This document shows positions 1 to 12,500 of a stretch of DNA of 64,000 nucleotides, one piece after another; the stretch's first letter is position 1; each line of letters opens with the position of its first letter. The translations under genes were made by a program, and so were the position numbers. The stretch spans positions 48,533,859-48,597,858 of the forward strand of contig NC_068989.1 in assembly GCF_001194135.2 (NCBI RefSeq), written 5' to 3'. The stretch is from Octopus bimaculoides (lineage: Eukaryota). The notes below the pieces were generated by a model. That model did not search any database and was not told the origin of the DNA. It saw only the letters and a list, made by a program, of their open reading frames with translations.

Positions 1-63
<63 letters not shown>

Positions 64-195
64 ATCAAGATACTGAATCTTACAAAGGAAATGATAAAGG
101 ACTGATATATCTGATGCCTTGCTATACTCTAGAAGATCCATTCTCCACAGCAGAAGTGCTAATGCTGCTCCCACTGCTGAAGAGGATTTGGCTGC

Positions 196-435
196 AAGAG
201 CCCCGTGCTGGTGCCATGTAAAAAGCATCCGTATGAGCTCTATGCTGGTGCCATATAAAAAGCACCCAGTACACTCTGTAATGTGGTTGATGTTAGAAAA
301 GGCATCCAGCCATAGAAGCCAAGCCAAATCACCAAATCTGGTAGACCTCTTCTGCTTGCCAGCTCTGGTCAAACTATCCAACTCATGCCAGCATGGAAAA
401 CAGACGTCAAAGGATGATGATAATGATGATGATGA
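196..435 (+). mobile_element. RTE 3'-UTR-type tail fragment (similar pieces near 19275, 27845, 32095, 38095, 46180, 48045 and 58850)
   Basis: aaaagcacccagtacactctg...aaggcatccagcc...cccatgccagcatggaaaa...gatgatgat, matching 40000-40262. Confidence 0.75.
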
Positions 436-746
436 TATATATGGAGTGAACTACTGTTATCTCTAGAAGATGAGTATCCATCATTGAGAATAACTACAAA
501 GAGGCTGGGACCATATGGTCTGGTAGTCTCATGGCTGGAAGATGGCAAGGGATCATCCCCTTGCTTGCAATATATATCAGGTGCAGATTGCACCAAATAA
601 CCAGCTGGAGGAGGCATCTTCCAGGGGTTAAAATAGCAGTAATACTGATTCGTATAGAACAGCCATGTTTAAGTGGCAATAAACATTACTTCTTAGTATA
701 ATAACTGCTTTCATCTCTTATAGAGATTTTCTTAACTAATCTGATT

Positions 747-784
<38 letters not shown>

Positions 785-814
785 TCATTTCATTTTCCCC
801 CACTTATTCTTGAA

Positions 815-1060
815 AGGGTTGTTGGGGCAGAGTCCTCAAACATGCCTTCCATTGAGTCCTGTCAGCAGCAACCATCCCCAAGTTATCTGGCTGGATCCCC
901 AAGTGAAACCATCAGAGCTCATGGATATTTATCCACTAGTTTGTGGTTTATCCCCGGGTCTTCTGCTGGTTGGTTCTGCCTATAAAACCTGTTCAGGGAA
1001 TCTTTCTGAGATTTTCTTACAACAGCTGTAGTATCAATGCTGTGGTCTTTCAGAGAGATG
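815..1060 (-). mobile_element. LINE (RTE-like) C-terminal relic
   Basis: Minus-strand frames give SRRPGDKP and VAADRTQWKACLRTLPQQPFQE*, a typical ORF2 C-terminus. Confidence 0.6.
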
Positions 1061-2521
1061 TTATAATTTATTAACATGCTTGACATAAGCACTTTTCTTT
1101 TCCTCCTACATATAAAAAGAAATGTGCAGAGAGAGAGAGAGAGAGAGAGGGAATGAGGGAGAGAAAGATGGAAGAAGGGAGAGAAAGAGGGAAGAGAGAG
1201 AGAGAGAAAATGAGAAAAACATTCCACTTATGTCAAATAAGTCAGCATCAAATCGGCGCTGCCAAATAGATGGTGCCAAAATGTCTCATATCCATGTATT
1301 TATATGCATATATGTAACCCTATATATTGTATAAAACCATGGTAAGCTAAGGTTATCTAGGTTTCTGTGGTTGAAAATATGAGACCCCTCTTCCCCCTTG
1401 AACTGGATGCCAGTGTTTCACAGGGTCAACTCCACCACCAGCTGTTGCTAATGCTTATCCAAGTTTCTGCAGTAGCATTTAAATGACTGAAAATATAAGA
1501 CTGCTCCCCACCTTTGAACTGGGTGCCAATGCTTCACACAGTTAACTCCACCACCAGCTGTTGTTTATACCCAAGATGAAATGAAGTACCTTGCTCAAGG
1601 ACAGCTTAATCTGAGAATTAATCCCACAACCTAACAATCATGAACTCAACATCAAAAACACTACATGCCTGCACACATAGACACGCACACATGCAAATGC
1701 ATGCACATGTACACACACACATTTTAGGTCAAAAGTTTACTCTTTCAACAAACCGAGTTCTCATTAAATAACTGATTGAATTTGTCCATTTCTGTGCCAA
1801 GATTCCCCAGGTCTCTTGGTTGCAGTTAGAAAATTTGAATGCTACAATGTACAAGCTCCTGATGAGTTTGAATAAAAAAAATCTGACTTTACTTTGAGAA
1901 ATAATAATATCTCTATGGCATATTTTATTACTGTTTCATACATGTAACCTTATACACAATATATGTATAGTGAATTTTTATATACACCATACAGTTATAT
2001 GTGTCTTTACACACAAACTGTACACATCATTTGGCACTGTGTCTGTTAATTGTCTGACATTTCCCCATGCTAAAATAAGTTTTGCGAATTTGGATATCTG
2101 CAAAGAAAATGGTGCAGAATATATTTTTACAGTTTCATGATTTGAATTCTAACCACTGAGCTATGGCTTAGGAAAAGTACATATATTCACTTAGGTAAAT
2201 TCACTTTTACTCTCTCTCTCTCTTTCTCACTTCACACTTTAATACTTTAGACTAATAGTAATGACAACTTCATTTACAAAACCAATACATATGACTACTC
2301 CATTTTAACTTAATAGCTGTGAAAAAATGTGGAAGTACTACTAGAAAGTTGACTAGAACAAAACTGAATGGCACAAAGTGTTGTAATTGTAAAAATATAT
2401 TCAGAAGCAAAGACTAAGGTTCTATTAAATAGGAGTGAGGGTGGGGAGAGGGGATTTTTATTTACCTTTTAGTCAGGAGGTAAGGCAGCGAATATGACCC
2501 TTTAGAGAATTTTAAAAACTT

Positions 2522-2555
<34 letters not shown>

Positions 2556-2684
2556 TGTATCCTCAAACTGGGTATCTTAAATGCTTGCCACACAGTGCAC
2601 TTTGCTAAAGGTACCCAAGGTACCAGATGGTGATGTTAAACTGGGTGACACATTAAGTCTATTTGGAAATATCTATGCTTAATT

Positions 2685-3486
2685 TCTTTTATCTTTTACT
2701 AATTTCAGTGTGGTCATGCTGGGGTACTGCCTTGAAGCATTTAGTCAAACAAGTTAACCTCAGTATTTATTATTTTTGTCAAGCCTGGTACTTATTCTAT
2801 CAGTCCCTTTTTGCCAAGCCACTAAGTTATGAGGAATGTAACCAAACCAACACTAGTTGTCAAGCAACGGGAGTGGGGTGGAGGCAAACACAGAAATGCA
2901 TGCACACACACACACAGACATACACACATGATGGGCTTCTTTCAGTTTCTGTCTATCAAATCCACTCACAAGGCTTTGGTGAGCCTGGGGCCATAGTAGA
3001 AGACACTTGCTCAAAATGCCACACAGTGGGACTAAACTCAAAATCATGTGGTTGGGAGGCAAACTTCTTACCACATAACCACCCTCAATATCTTTTATCT
3101 TTTCCTTGTTTCAGTCACTGGACTGCAGCCATGCTGGGGCACCACCTTGAATGGTTTAGTCAAACATATTGACCCCAGCAGTTATTTTTAACTCTGATAC
3201 TTGTTCTATTGACTTCTTTTGGGCAAACCACTAAGTTACATGTATATAAAAAAAAAAGGACCCAACTTCAGTTGTCAAGCAGTGGTGGGGGACTACCACA
3301 AACACAAGGATACACATGCATAGATAAACTATGGGCTTCTTTCAGTTTACATTTATCAAATCCACTCTCAAAGCTTTGGTCAACCCAAGGCTGTAATAGA
3401 AGACACTTGCCCAATGTGTTATGCAGTAGGACTGACCCTGGAACCATGTGATTAAGAAGCAAATTTCTCACCACACCTTCATGCCC
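2685..3486 (-). mobile_element. Two tandem copies of tRNA-derived SINE family A
   Basis: Shared head (ccacacagtgggactgaacc...gggcaagtgtcttctactat), central (CA)n and a cagtcatttgactgcggccatgctgg tail module. Confidence 0.85.
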
Positions 3487-4817
3487 TACATGTATTAAAA
3501 CTATGAAGGATCAACGATCCTTCCTGAGTGATAGGCTCATAAAACAGTTTCTATGATTCCATGGTGCATATATTTACCCTTCCATCCCACTGAATGAGAT
3601 GCCAGTCCATTGCAGGATTGCTCACTTTTGCCAGCTGAGTAGACTGGAGGAATATGAAATGAAGTTTTTGCTCAAGAACATAACACATCGCCCAGCCCAG
3701 GAATTGAAACAACAATCTTACAACCATGAGTACAACACCTTAACCACAAGCCACATGAATGTGCAGAAAAGGAGTAAGTAGATCTGTCTATATTCAGTCT
3801 TCTGCTCTACCACATTTTCTTTTATTGCTAGACTTCTCTCTCTCTCTCTCTCTTCTTTCACCAGCATCTATCACTCTCATTCACTATTATTCTTCCATAT
3901 TGCTCTAACATTTACTCATTCATTGCTGACATCTCACATACACACAACTCTCTCTCTCTCTTTCTCCTATCCCTTTTCTATCACTCTGTCTCTCTACTAT
4001 TACTGTTTCTTCCTCCACTGCACCACTCATGCTGTTTCTATTCAATGTTTTTACAAATAATTGTCATGTAGTTGTCTATAATTATCTTTCTTTCACTTCC
4101 TTTATTCCCTTCTCTGTCACCATATTACTCCTTTCACTGTTTCTCTTCCATTACTCCCTCTTCTAACACCTGTTTTTTTAAAAATTATTTTCCTTCACAA
4201 TTTCTTTACTGACAACCATCATATAACTATCACTCCTTCAAGCTCATTTCCATCATTTACTTATTCCTAAAGGTCAGGTTATCTCCTGTTATTCTTATTT
4301 CACTTTTTCAGTCTATTCTTACTCAGTTGTGTAGAAAAGAAAGAAATGAACAAAAAGAGGGGCTCTTTTTGGTCTTGATGGAGATGAGACAACCTTCTGA
4401 TGTCGATGGACTTGTGGAAACAATGCATGGCAGAAGCAAGTCTCCTTAGCTTTACTGGGCACAAGATAACATCTCAAGTGCTCATGCCATGATGAAATGC
4501 ACCTAGCACGCTCTGTAAAGAGATAGTTATTAGGAGAGGCACCCAACCATAGAAGCCATACTACAAACAGAAAGTGCAAGCAAGACATGATCCCTATTCC
4601 ATCTAGGAAGACAGTAACAAAAAAAAAAAAACTGACTCAGGGCATGAAGACCTGTCCAAANNNNNNNNNNAAAAAAAACTGACTCAGGGCATGAAGACCT
4701 GTCCAAAGTATTCATGAAGACCAACATGGAAAAGTGTGTGTGTGTATATATACATATATACACAGACAAACAGATGGACAGGCAGAGAGAAAGATGTTAA
4801 TATGTGCACGTGTGAAT

Positions 4818-4872
<55 letters not shown>

Positions 4873-4935
4873 GAAATACATATATATTCTTTTTGACAAC
4901 TGGAGAAATAATAATAAAATGTCTTATTTACGTAC

Positions 4936-5095
4936 TTAGGCTGACTTTTATCAGCATTCGGGAAATTGTCGAGCCAAGTGTCAAAGACAGTTCGCTTTGA
5001 ACCAGCGTCAGAGCAAGGACATGCAACAGTTTTAGTGGCATTACGAATAAGTCCCACAAGTAATGGACTTGCTGCAGCAAAGAATGTGTGGTTTC
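4936..5095 (-). CDS. M28B gene exon, 160 nt, phase 1 to 2
   Basis: tttcag|GA...CCTAA|gtacgt; (G)[52 protein letters not shown] versus GCPII [26 protein letters not shown]...KSLYESW. Confidence 0.92.
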
Positions 5096-5669
5096 CTGAA
5101 AGTAAAGAAGATTTTCTTTAGTTCTAGGTAAAAAGATAAAATGAAATTTTTTTATTCAAAACAAGCAAAGCATGGGAAATGTAATAACTTCCATACAGAG
5201 AGTTTCATAGTTCTAAGTGGTCCTATCGTCATACACACAATTCTATGACTTACTGCCATTTTACATACAGTTCTATGTGTTACTGCATTCTTACATACAG
5301 TTCTATGTGATACTGCAGGCTTGTATACAGTTCTATGGTTTATGGAAGTTACAGTAATCTTCATTGAGAGAATGATAATCATCTTGGGCTTTAACATTAA
5401 ATCAACCAACATAACACAGGACTACACAATACCAACATTAAATTATGAGATTGCTATTTTAGCACACACACTTTTTCTCCCTCATGTACTTTCTCTTTCT
5501 TGCCCTCTCTCTCTCTCTCTTTCACACACACAGAGTAACTCATTCCACAAACATCCACCACAACAAATATCATGCACTTTTAAGTTTTTGAATGAAAAAT
5601 ATCAAACAAACATATTCACACATATGCTTTTACACACATTTATACATACATACATGCATGCATACATAC

Positions 5670-5705
<36 letters not shown>

Positions 5706-6131
5706 CATACACACGCACATACATACACATGTAGCTAGTTAACAGAAATGTGACTGCGTGAAAGTTATGCCTTTATCAAGGGCATTAGGGGGTCAGTGTT
5801 AGAAAAGTGAGATGACAGTCCCAGATGAATAGAGATGCTGTTGTTTTGTAAGCCCAAGTCAGGTTTGCAAGAGCAGGTCAATCGAATGTTTGGGAGCAAA
5901 CAAACATTGGTAAAGATAGCCATGAGGAATCAAGAATATCAAACTTCAATTGGAAGAGAAGATGGAGCATTTTCACTTCTTTTTTCAATTAGATTTTACT
6001 AGAGATAGCATGGTGCCATGATGTCTGAGAGCAGCAAGAATGGTGTGAATAATTGATGAGCAGTCCGGCAGGTCAGTTCTGAATTCGTTTCCTCACATCA
6101 ATGCCTTTGCTTTTATCTTTTATTATTATTA

Positions 6132-6177
<46 letters not shown>

Positions 6178-6202
6178 CATTATTATTATTATTATTATTA
6201 TT

Positions 6203-6241
<39 letters not shown>

Positions 6242-6279
6242 CATTATTATTATTATTATTATTTGTTATTATTATTATT

Positions 6280-6330
<51 letters not shown>

Positions 6331-6530
6331 CATTATTATTATTATTATTATTTGTTATTATTATTATTATTATTATTTGTTATTGTTATTATTATTATTT
6401 GTTATTATTATCAGTATTATTTGTTATTGTTATTTTTATATTATTATTAATTGTTATTATTAATTATTATTATCACCTTTTTTTTTCAAATATGAAATGG
6501 AAACCAATAGGTTCTATATTAAGGCAAATG

Positions 6531-6578
<48 letters not shown>

Positions 6579-9500
6579 CATGTATAAAGGAATATTACTA
6601 GGATTAAAGGGTTGCTACATATACTCTCCCCTCAGCAGTGATAATTTTTTAAAAGTGCATCAGTACTATGAAAAGGAAATTATAACACAATACCAATAAA
6701 TAAATATGTTTTGTTTTTACTGTTTTACATTGGTTTTTGTTCCCCCATGTTTGTTGCATGGCTGAGATGATACAGTTGTTGGTGCAATTGCTTTTTACAG
6801 ATTCTTACTACTAACCACAAAAGTGGAGCGTTCTTCAATCAAGTGAGTTGTCTTACTGTGGTAAGCAAGATATGATGCTTTGTTCAGAGGCACAACATAA
6901 CACTACTACTACTAGAATTTGAACTTAAAACCATTTGGTTGGTAGTTCTGACATCATAACCTTACATCTATTGAGCCTTGTAAATAACACAAATCAAATG
7001 ACTGAATCTATGGTAAGATCTGGTGAAAAATCATTGCTAATTTGCTGTGGAATAATTCTGAAACACCATCTGTATTATAAACAATAGGTAAGTGGTTTTC
7101 AGTATATTTAAAGTTACATGAATAGAGCTTTAAATCACTGAAGCAGAGTCAAGTATGCTGTGAAGAACAATAAACAATATTAGTTAATAACTAGTATTTT
7201 TGTTTTTATTTTCAGTATAAATACAGGAGACAATTGCACTCATGTGTCTTTATTATTTGGGCTTCACCAGTAAAGAATAACTACACAATAGCTTTCTGAA
7301 ATGATAGTGAATGAATCTCTAAGTAAATGCACAGAAATATATATTTAATGGCAGAGAAAAATAGAAATGTTTACAAATCAGATATTTATGAGATGGCACC
7401 TGCCTGATAAAGAGTTCATTTAGAATATGTTGTTAAGCATAATAGAGAAATTTAAAAAAAATATTTGACCATAGCAACTGTAAAAATTATATTTACCTAC
7501 ATTATAAATATTTTTGTTCTCATTAAAAAGAATTGTGCTATTTTGCTCTGCTTTCTCCTTATTTATAATTAGCTAATTCACTCTCTCCACCTGTTCATTC
7601 TCCCACTTTCATCTCCTTTTTAGCCTCCACCTTTTTTCGCTAATTACTTCTTATTAACAACATTTATTCTTATAAACATGTTGCTCCTAAGATTCCCTTT
7701 TCATCAGCTCTTTTCTTTCTCTCCTCCCTCTTTTTCTCTTACACCCCCACTATCAACAGGTATTATAGTAAACAAATCGCTGAAGTAAATCTCCCACTCA
7801 TGTACAGCATTGTATATCTACTTGGGGATTCTCTTGTCATTACATCAAGTATGGTTTAGTTTACGCTTCAATGTAAAAGTCATAATAAGACCAAAACATG
7901 TCTAGAGTTGTAGTAAAGATTGTTTGCCAACATAACATGGCAGTCTTGGTTTAGGACTAATGTTGCTGTAATTTAGTCCCAGGAGAAATCGTCTCCAGCT
8001 GGCTATACGACACGATCTGTGTTCTTATATTTTCAAACAAGGGAATCTAGCACCCCAACTCAGCTCAAAACAATATCTGTGTATTACGATTTCTGGGTTA
8101 TTTTCTTTCATCAGCACAGAACAATTATTCTGTGCTGATGAAAGGAAATAACCCAGAAATTGCGATACACAGATATTGAGTGGAGAAGCTAGATTCCCTT
8201 GTTTGAAAATATAAGGATACAGATCGTGTTGTATAGCCAGCTGGAGACGATGTCTCCTGGGGCTAAATTACAGCAACATTAGTCCTAAACCAAGATTGCC
8301 ATGTTATGTTGGCAAACAATCTTTACTACAAAGTACTGTTGCTGAATATCTCACATTGTGAGATTAAAAAATAGTAATGTCTAGAGTTATCCTCCACATT
8401 TGCTAATTTTCCTTCATCACATAATTACTTTGAATTTGAATTTTTTTAAAGCTCAGTACATTAATTATGTAAACATTGACTTAACTATTGAGATAATATA
8501 TGATTAAACTAAAATATTGACCAATTTCTCAGTTAATAAAACTGACATTAACTGAAGTCTACTGAGGATTCTCAGACGACAACAACAGTAGCAGCATGGA
8601 ACTACACAGAGCCTCAACATGCTTCTTTGACCTGCTACAAATGTCACCCAAGTCAAACATTACTAAATATTTAAACATTTTAGATAGCTTAGTCAGAGAA
8701 GGGATAGTTAGTGTCCATGAACAACCTTGCCCAGAGTTGTGCCTTGGAGGGTAACTTTCTAGGTGCAATCCCATTTTCATTCATGATCTAAGGAGATCTT
8801 TACCCTTTACCCTTTACCCTTGAAAGGAGGTCTGATGTATGTACTATTAAAATGAACTTGAAGCTCCTTCTTTCATGGACCAGGTCATCATTGTTGACTT
8901 TGAAAATACCAGTTTTCCAGATGTTAGGAAGCTTGTTGTAGGTACCCCAGGATCGTTCCTTGCATGTCAGGAAGTCTTATTGATGTTCTTTATAATAAGT
9001 CTGCTGACAAAATGATTAAATTATTACAAAGAACAATAATCATAAGACTTTGTTAATGTAGCAATTACTTTGTGGAAGATGAAACATGTTAGCTGTTTAA
9101 AAATACACATACACAGTTAGATTCACTGTTTGTTTTATTCCAAAAAGAAAAATAAATATAACAGTATACGTGTGTTATTATATTGTAATTATTTCAATTT
9201 CACCACATGATATCATAACAAATCACTTGCTTAGCAAATACAACTGCTATGGTTGGAAGAAGGAAAAATGCAAATCTACAAAACAAAACCAAACTCACCT
9301 CTAATCACAGCATCTAGGTTTATATAAGCTACAGCACCACTACTCAACTGTTTATTGTATTCCTGGAAGAAAAAGTAAATGAAGTCATTATAAACATAAT
9401 AAAGAGCAATTAGTTGGATTTCTTCTTCTTAAAATTTTATTCAGTTTATTTTAATTTTATTATCATTTTCTTTCTTTCTTTCACAAAAGTGAATAAAATA

Positions 9501-12500
9501 AAATTGTGAAAAGGAATAAAATAATAACTGCCCTTGTAATGGCTAATAACAGTTTTGTTGTGTCAATGTTGAGGAAAGATGCCTTCCCATACCATTTGAC
9601 TAGTTGGATGTGCAGTTAATGTTACCTCTGTGTTATATTAATTTCTATCTGCCCTAATGTTTTACAAAAATATTGGCAATTATCCAAAAAAGCTTTATAA
9701 CTTCTATTGCATTTCTTCACTATCACATATTTAATCTTTAACAATACTCATCTCTCTCTCAATACACACACAAAACACATCTGCATACAAGCATATTTTT
9801 ATTTTGTTTCATAAATGAGAGAGAAAGTATTGGCTACATATTTTAAGGGATAATTATTGATTGCACAAAGCTGGTGCATTCTGTGTTGCTCCATGGAGAT
9901 TTATATCTTGCAGACAAATGTATATATATATGTATCTATATCTTTATATACATAAGGTTTCATTTAAGACACAACTGTGTTGAGTTTTATATTCTTTATT
10001 TTAGAGTTTATCCTATTTTTCTATCAGATTTTTTTTTTTTTTGTAGTTAATTTTGAAACAAGTTCCTAAATCCACATTCATCATTTCTAGACCTTCACAG
10101 TTTCATTTTCAAGAACTGAAATAGATTTGACATCTGCTTTGTTTCTTAAATATTGGTTGCATTCATGAAGAGTTCTTTTGATAGAGGTCTTTTTGACAGT
10201 TAGGCTTCCATGTCAGTAGATATGCATTAAAGCAAAAATGGAAGTACAAACATAAAAATAACAATGCTTCTGCTGCTGTTGGTTTGGTTTCCATAGCATA
10301 ATCTGTTGGCAAGTGGCAGATAAAGTTCCAAACAAGGAAAAATAATCTAAATTTTATAGGACTAACACAGAGATGGTCAAAAGTACTGGTTAGAAACAAA
10401 GAACACAACATTCCAGTACCATCTGGTAACTGGAATGTAGCCTTGTTTTGTGTGTAGAAAAGGATTTATTAGGAACTCAATATTAAGTAGTTGGTGTAAA
10501 TTTGATGGTTTTTAAAAAAAGGTACAGACTGGTAAACTGACAGTAATAGAACTTTATGTATGTTTGATAGATAGCAGTAGTTAGTACTCTTGAAATGAGA
10601 TTCATGAATTATAGTATATATTGATGTATTAGATGAATAGGTAAGTAAAATGACCACCAAAATTTCCATTTAAAATGTAAGTTTTGAGCTTTAGCTGCTA
10701 TACAAACAAGTAATATTTCACAAAGTTAAATTGCAAGTATTAGTTTTGATTCAATGAACATTTTTTCAAAACATGGATGCATGTACTTTTAGCAAGTTTT
10801 CATATATGTTGAACTGAAGCCAACACTCATGACCTATAGTTATATAAATGTAACAAAATTATGAAAGGTTTCTGCATAGCTGTAAGGAAGATATTCCAAG
10901 TGTTGCAAGAGTGTTGGAATCAGGTGCTTACTGCTGGGATTTTCCAACCCCAATAGTCTTTTAACAATCATCCCAGTGACTAGTGGAATGTTACTTTAAG
11001 CACAACTAAGTAACACCTATTGATTATTAGAATTTAAGCCAATTCATTTCAAATACTGGTAAAATACTGTCAGTTACCATAATATATTTGCTGATTTACT
11101 TACAGTATTATACTCTTTTTACTCTTTTTCTTGTTTCAGTCATTTGACTGCGGCCATGCTGGAGCACCATCTTTTAGTCGAGCAAATCGCCCCCGGGACT
11201 TATTCTTTGTAAGCCTAGTACTTATTCTATCAGTCTCTTTTGCCGAACCGCTAAGTGACGGGGACATAAACTCACCAGCATCGGTTGTCAAGCAATGCTA
11301 GGGGGACAAACACAGACATACAAACACACACACACACACACACACACANNNNNNNNNNNNNNNNNNNNNNNNNNNNNNNNNNNNNNNNNNNNNNNNNNNN
11401 NNNNNNNNNNNNNNNNNNNNNNNNNNNNNNNNNNNNNNNNNNNNNNNNNAAGACACCTGCCCAAGATGCCACACAGTGGGACTGAACCCGGAACCATGTG
11501 GTTGGTAAGCAAGCTACTTACCACACAGCCACTCCTACGCCTGTGAAAGGTTATAATATTTATTATACTGTAATACACAAACACACACACATATATGCCA
11601 GATTGCTGACGACTAAACTGACAATTCCACCAAGCTTGCTTAGTGAGGAGGGTGACTTTTGGATACCCTGTGGGCTGAAAATCAAGATGCAGTATCAAGG
11701 GGTGAAGTAACGCAGGTGAATCAATAGCCATTCAATATGGTCAAAGGTAGATGATGCTCACCAGTTGCAGTGGAGATAATCTATCCAGGAAAAAGGAATC
11801 CGAAATAAAAACCTTTCAGTAAGGACTTGCAACCAGCTGATACTATTTTGCAAAGAAAAAAATGATGACATGAAGATGTTTCCCACCCATGCCAGCATGG
11901 AAGGCTATTGTTAAATGGCAATGATGATGATATAACAAGCAAAGTAGCTAGTTAGAAAATCTGTATAAGAGATGAAGGTAGTAACTATACTGAGATCATA
12001 TGATATCTATATAAGTAATGTTTATCACCACATCAGTATGGCTGATTGACATTACTGCCATTTTTAACCCCAGGAAGAGCTTCCTCTAGCTGGTTATCAA
12101 TGAAATCTGAAATATATACTGGGTGCAGATTGCATCAATAACCAGCTGGAGGAGGCTCTTCCTGGGGTTAAAGAAGGTAGTAATGTTGAACAGCCATATT
12201 GATGTGGTGATAAACATTACTTATATATATATATATATATCACATGATCATAGGATCAACCAGACTATCAGATGTTGTTATACATCACTAATCACAATGC
12301 ACTTCGCATCATTTTAGCTTTTGAATGATGCAACCCTGCTGGTTAGGTGAGCAGGCCAACATTCCCTTGATTGGAATGCTAGCCTTTCACAGGGTTACCA
12401 ATTTACAGCTGAGTGGATTTCGCTTGAGAACACAACATGCATCTGGTCTGGAAATCTAAACCATAATCTAACGGTCATGAATGCAACATGCCTAACCCTT

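Larger units (their letters stand above)
7908..8331. repeat. 424-bp near-perfect palindrome (foldback / inverted Penelope-type pLTR pair) with a hammerhead-like motif in each arm
   Basis: Arms of about 210 bp are reverse complements (ttgtagtaaagattgtttgcc...ggcaaacaatctttactacaa); the loop caatta lies at 8122-8127. Confidence 0.93.

Noticed and set aside
2000-2097. Minus-strand acceptor followed by ISKFAKL, resembling the next GCPII exon (ISKLGSG)
   Set aside because: Wrong phase: the frame required after the 4936 exon hits a stop, and there is no further similarity.
4621-4707. Identical 38-bp direct repeat on either side of 10 N
   Set aside because: Pattern of an unmerged contig overlap; probably an assembly artefact.
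6101-6587. Poly-I, poly-L and poly-Y ORFs
   Set aside because: Translations of the (ATT)n microsatellite.
10408-10450. Hairpin whose 3' arm starts UGGAAUGUA, like miR-1
   Set aside because: Only the first 9 nt match, and the 4-nt loop is too small for a pre-miRNA.
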